DNA of 64,000 bases, from positions 7,316,001-7,380,000 of the forward strand of contig CM035353.1 of NCBI GenBank assembly GCA_020137815.1, read 5' to 3'. Source of the DNA: Hormiphora californensis (taxonomy: Eukaryota; Animalia; Ctenophora). The translations under genes were made by a program, and so were the position numbers. The notes below the pieces were generated by a model. The model saw only the letters and a list, made by a program, of their open reading frames with translations, did not search any database and was not told where the DNA came from. Shown here one piece after another: positions 62,497 to 64,000 of the stretch (positions are counted from its first letter, which is position 1; every line of letters starts with the position of its first letter).

Positions 62497-63882
62497 AATA
62501 ACGAAAAAAGAGAGGGTGAAAGAAAGTGAGAGCGATTGAGTTCGAATAAATTAAGGTACAATTACATAAAGAGAGCGAACAATTAAAACAATTAAAACAA
62601 TTATGGATGACCAATTAACTTTCAAAGTATTATATATGGTGTTAACTTGGATCATTAATTGATAAAGCGAATAATTTATAAGATAGGCATAAATTCCTAC
62701 TGAATATGTTAGCATATATAATGGGATATTTACATATGAGTAAAACAAAAGAAAATATTAAAGTTTCTATTCGCTTCGATCGAAACAATACTCCAATATA
62801 TGTGGATGTTCATATTTTGATATATGGCAATTATGTTCCACTGTATCGAAGTTATGACTGTAATATTATGTAGTAGTACAGTAGTACTGTATTCAATACA
62901 TTACACTATGTATAATGTATATATAATCTAACTGCATTGACGCTTTATGACTAGTCATGACTTCAATGCATGCATTTGTTTAATATAAGTATTCTTTTTA
63001 TCCTCTACAGACATGTATCGATGGCGTGATACCTAATAGTTAAATGCAATTTTATGTGTTGCCAAGAAAGAGTTCAGTTGCCAAAACCACTTCCACGCTA
63101 ATTTATCTGTAGTATACAAATTATCCAGAGTCGATTGGAAATAGTCTATTCCGAATAGAAGTGTGTGTGTTTGTGTGTCTATATAGGATCACAGTAGTAG
63201 TTACAGAACACGTGAGTTTGACCACCCCCCACACCCCTTATACATGTATTATAGCTATGACAACACACAATGGATGGTGGATAGTGGTCTACTAATTTGT
63301 AGAACTACGTAATTTAAACACCGTAATTTAAACACCGCCCAAATTAAGATGAGAATATACTATTTGTACAAAAGTATAAAAGTGAATAGTGAATACTAAT
63401 CATTATCGCACGCATAACGTTCAACTTCGATTTAAAAAACTAAAACACAACGATAATAAGGATTAGGAATTTGGTAAATCAAAAGAAAAGGATTGGGAAC
63501 GTTTGACCATTAAAACACTTAACATACCTGATAGTGATGTGTGGCGAAGTCGTTTATATCTGGATTTACTTTTCACATCCCGAAAGGGGAAACTCCGAAA
63601 TGGTATCATCTTAAATCGATGCAATGTTATCCGGTTTACGTTTTAAGGTAGATCCAGAATATATGTCTTTGGCAGATCTAAGTTTTAGATAAGACTAAGA
63701 TAAGACTATATGCGAGTGTGCATATTATACAACGTTTCTTACACGTCTATCATGGACTACAGTACTTATCAGCGACACATGTTCTGTCTAGCGTTGTAAT
63801 TGGAAAGAGGTAGCTGATATAATGAGCGTTTAAACATTCTTAAGCTAGGTGTTAAAAGTTAATGGTAACCTAGAGCCTATTA

Positions 63883-64000
63883 GGGGGGGGGTGACACGTA
63901 ACACTTTGTAACACTTTGTAACATGTGCAGAAAACTTTTTGTGCACGTTACATGTTACAAAGTGTTACAAAGTGTTACAAAGTGTTACAAAATGTTACAA
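63883..64000. mobile_element. Probable left end of a foldback element running out of the window
   Basis: G-run terminus followed by 10-bp repeats GTAACACTTT/AAAGTGTTAC in both orientations, the same layout as the 36976 element. Confidence 0.45.

Overview
Repeat-rich animal genomic DNA with spliceosomal introns. Several traits suggest a non-bilaterian such as a ctenophore (compact genes, a nested gene, an LDLa-GPCR without LRRs, an acceptor just before every start codon); this is inference only. Host genes: an LDLa-repeat class A GPCR (+, 18555-23587), an intronless F-box/LRR gene (+, 33174-34571), a multi-exon importin-7/8 (+, 35107-49562) with an antisense secreted F-type-lectin/discoidin-like gene nested in one intron, a C2H2 zinc-finger gene (-, ~52912-54836) and a two-pore K+ channel (-, 55821-58753). 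Much of the rest is nested mobile DNA: a decayed piggyBac, two nested Helentron-like elements, an intact full-length RTE LINE, Helitrons, a CRE-type retroelement remnant, and many palindromic MITEs (Tc1/mariner/pogo, Chapaev-like, PIF/Harbinger, hAT-like, MULE/Merlin-like, Transib). Top observations: (1) a Transib-like MITE whose two ends read as RSS-like heptamer-spacer-nonamer with 12- and 22-bp spacers; (2) an HDV-like self-cleaving ribozyme fold at the 5' end of the RTE; (3) repeated tandem amplification of splice-site/exon-edge units in host introns; (4) rolling-circle-type elements with clear terminal signatures; (5) acceptor sites immediately before all start codons, suggestive of SL trans-splicing. 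All calls were made by eye with no database searches.
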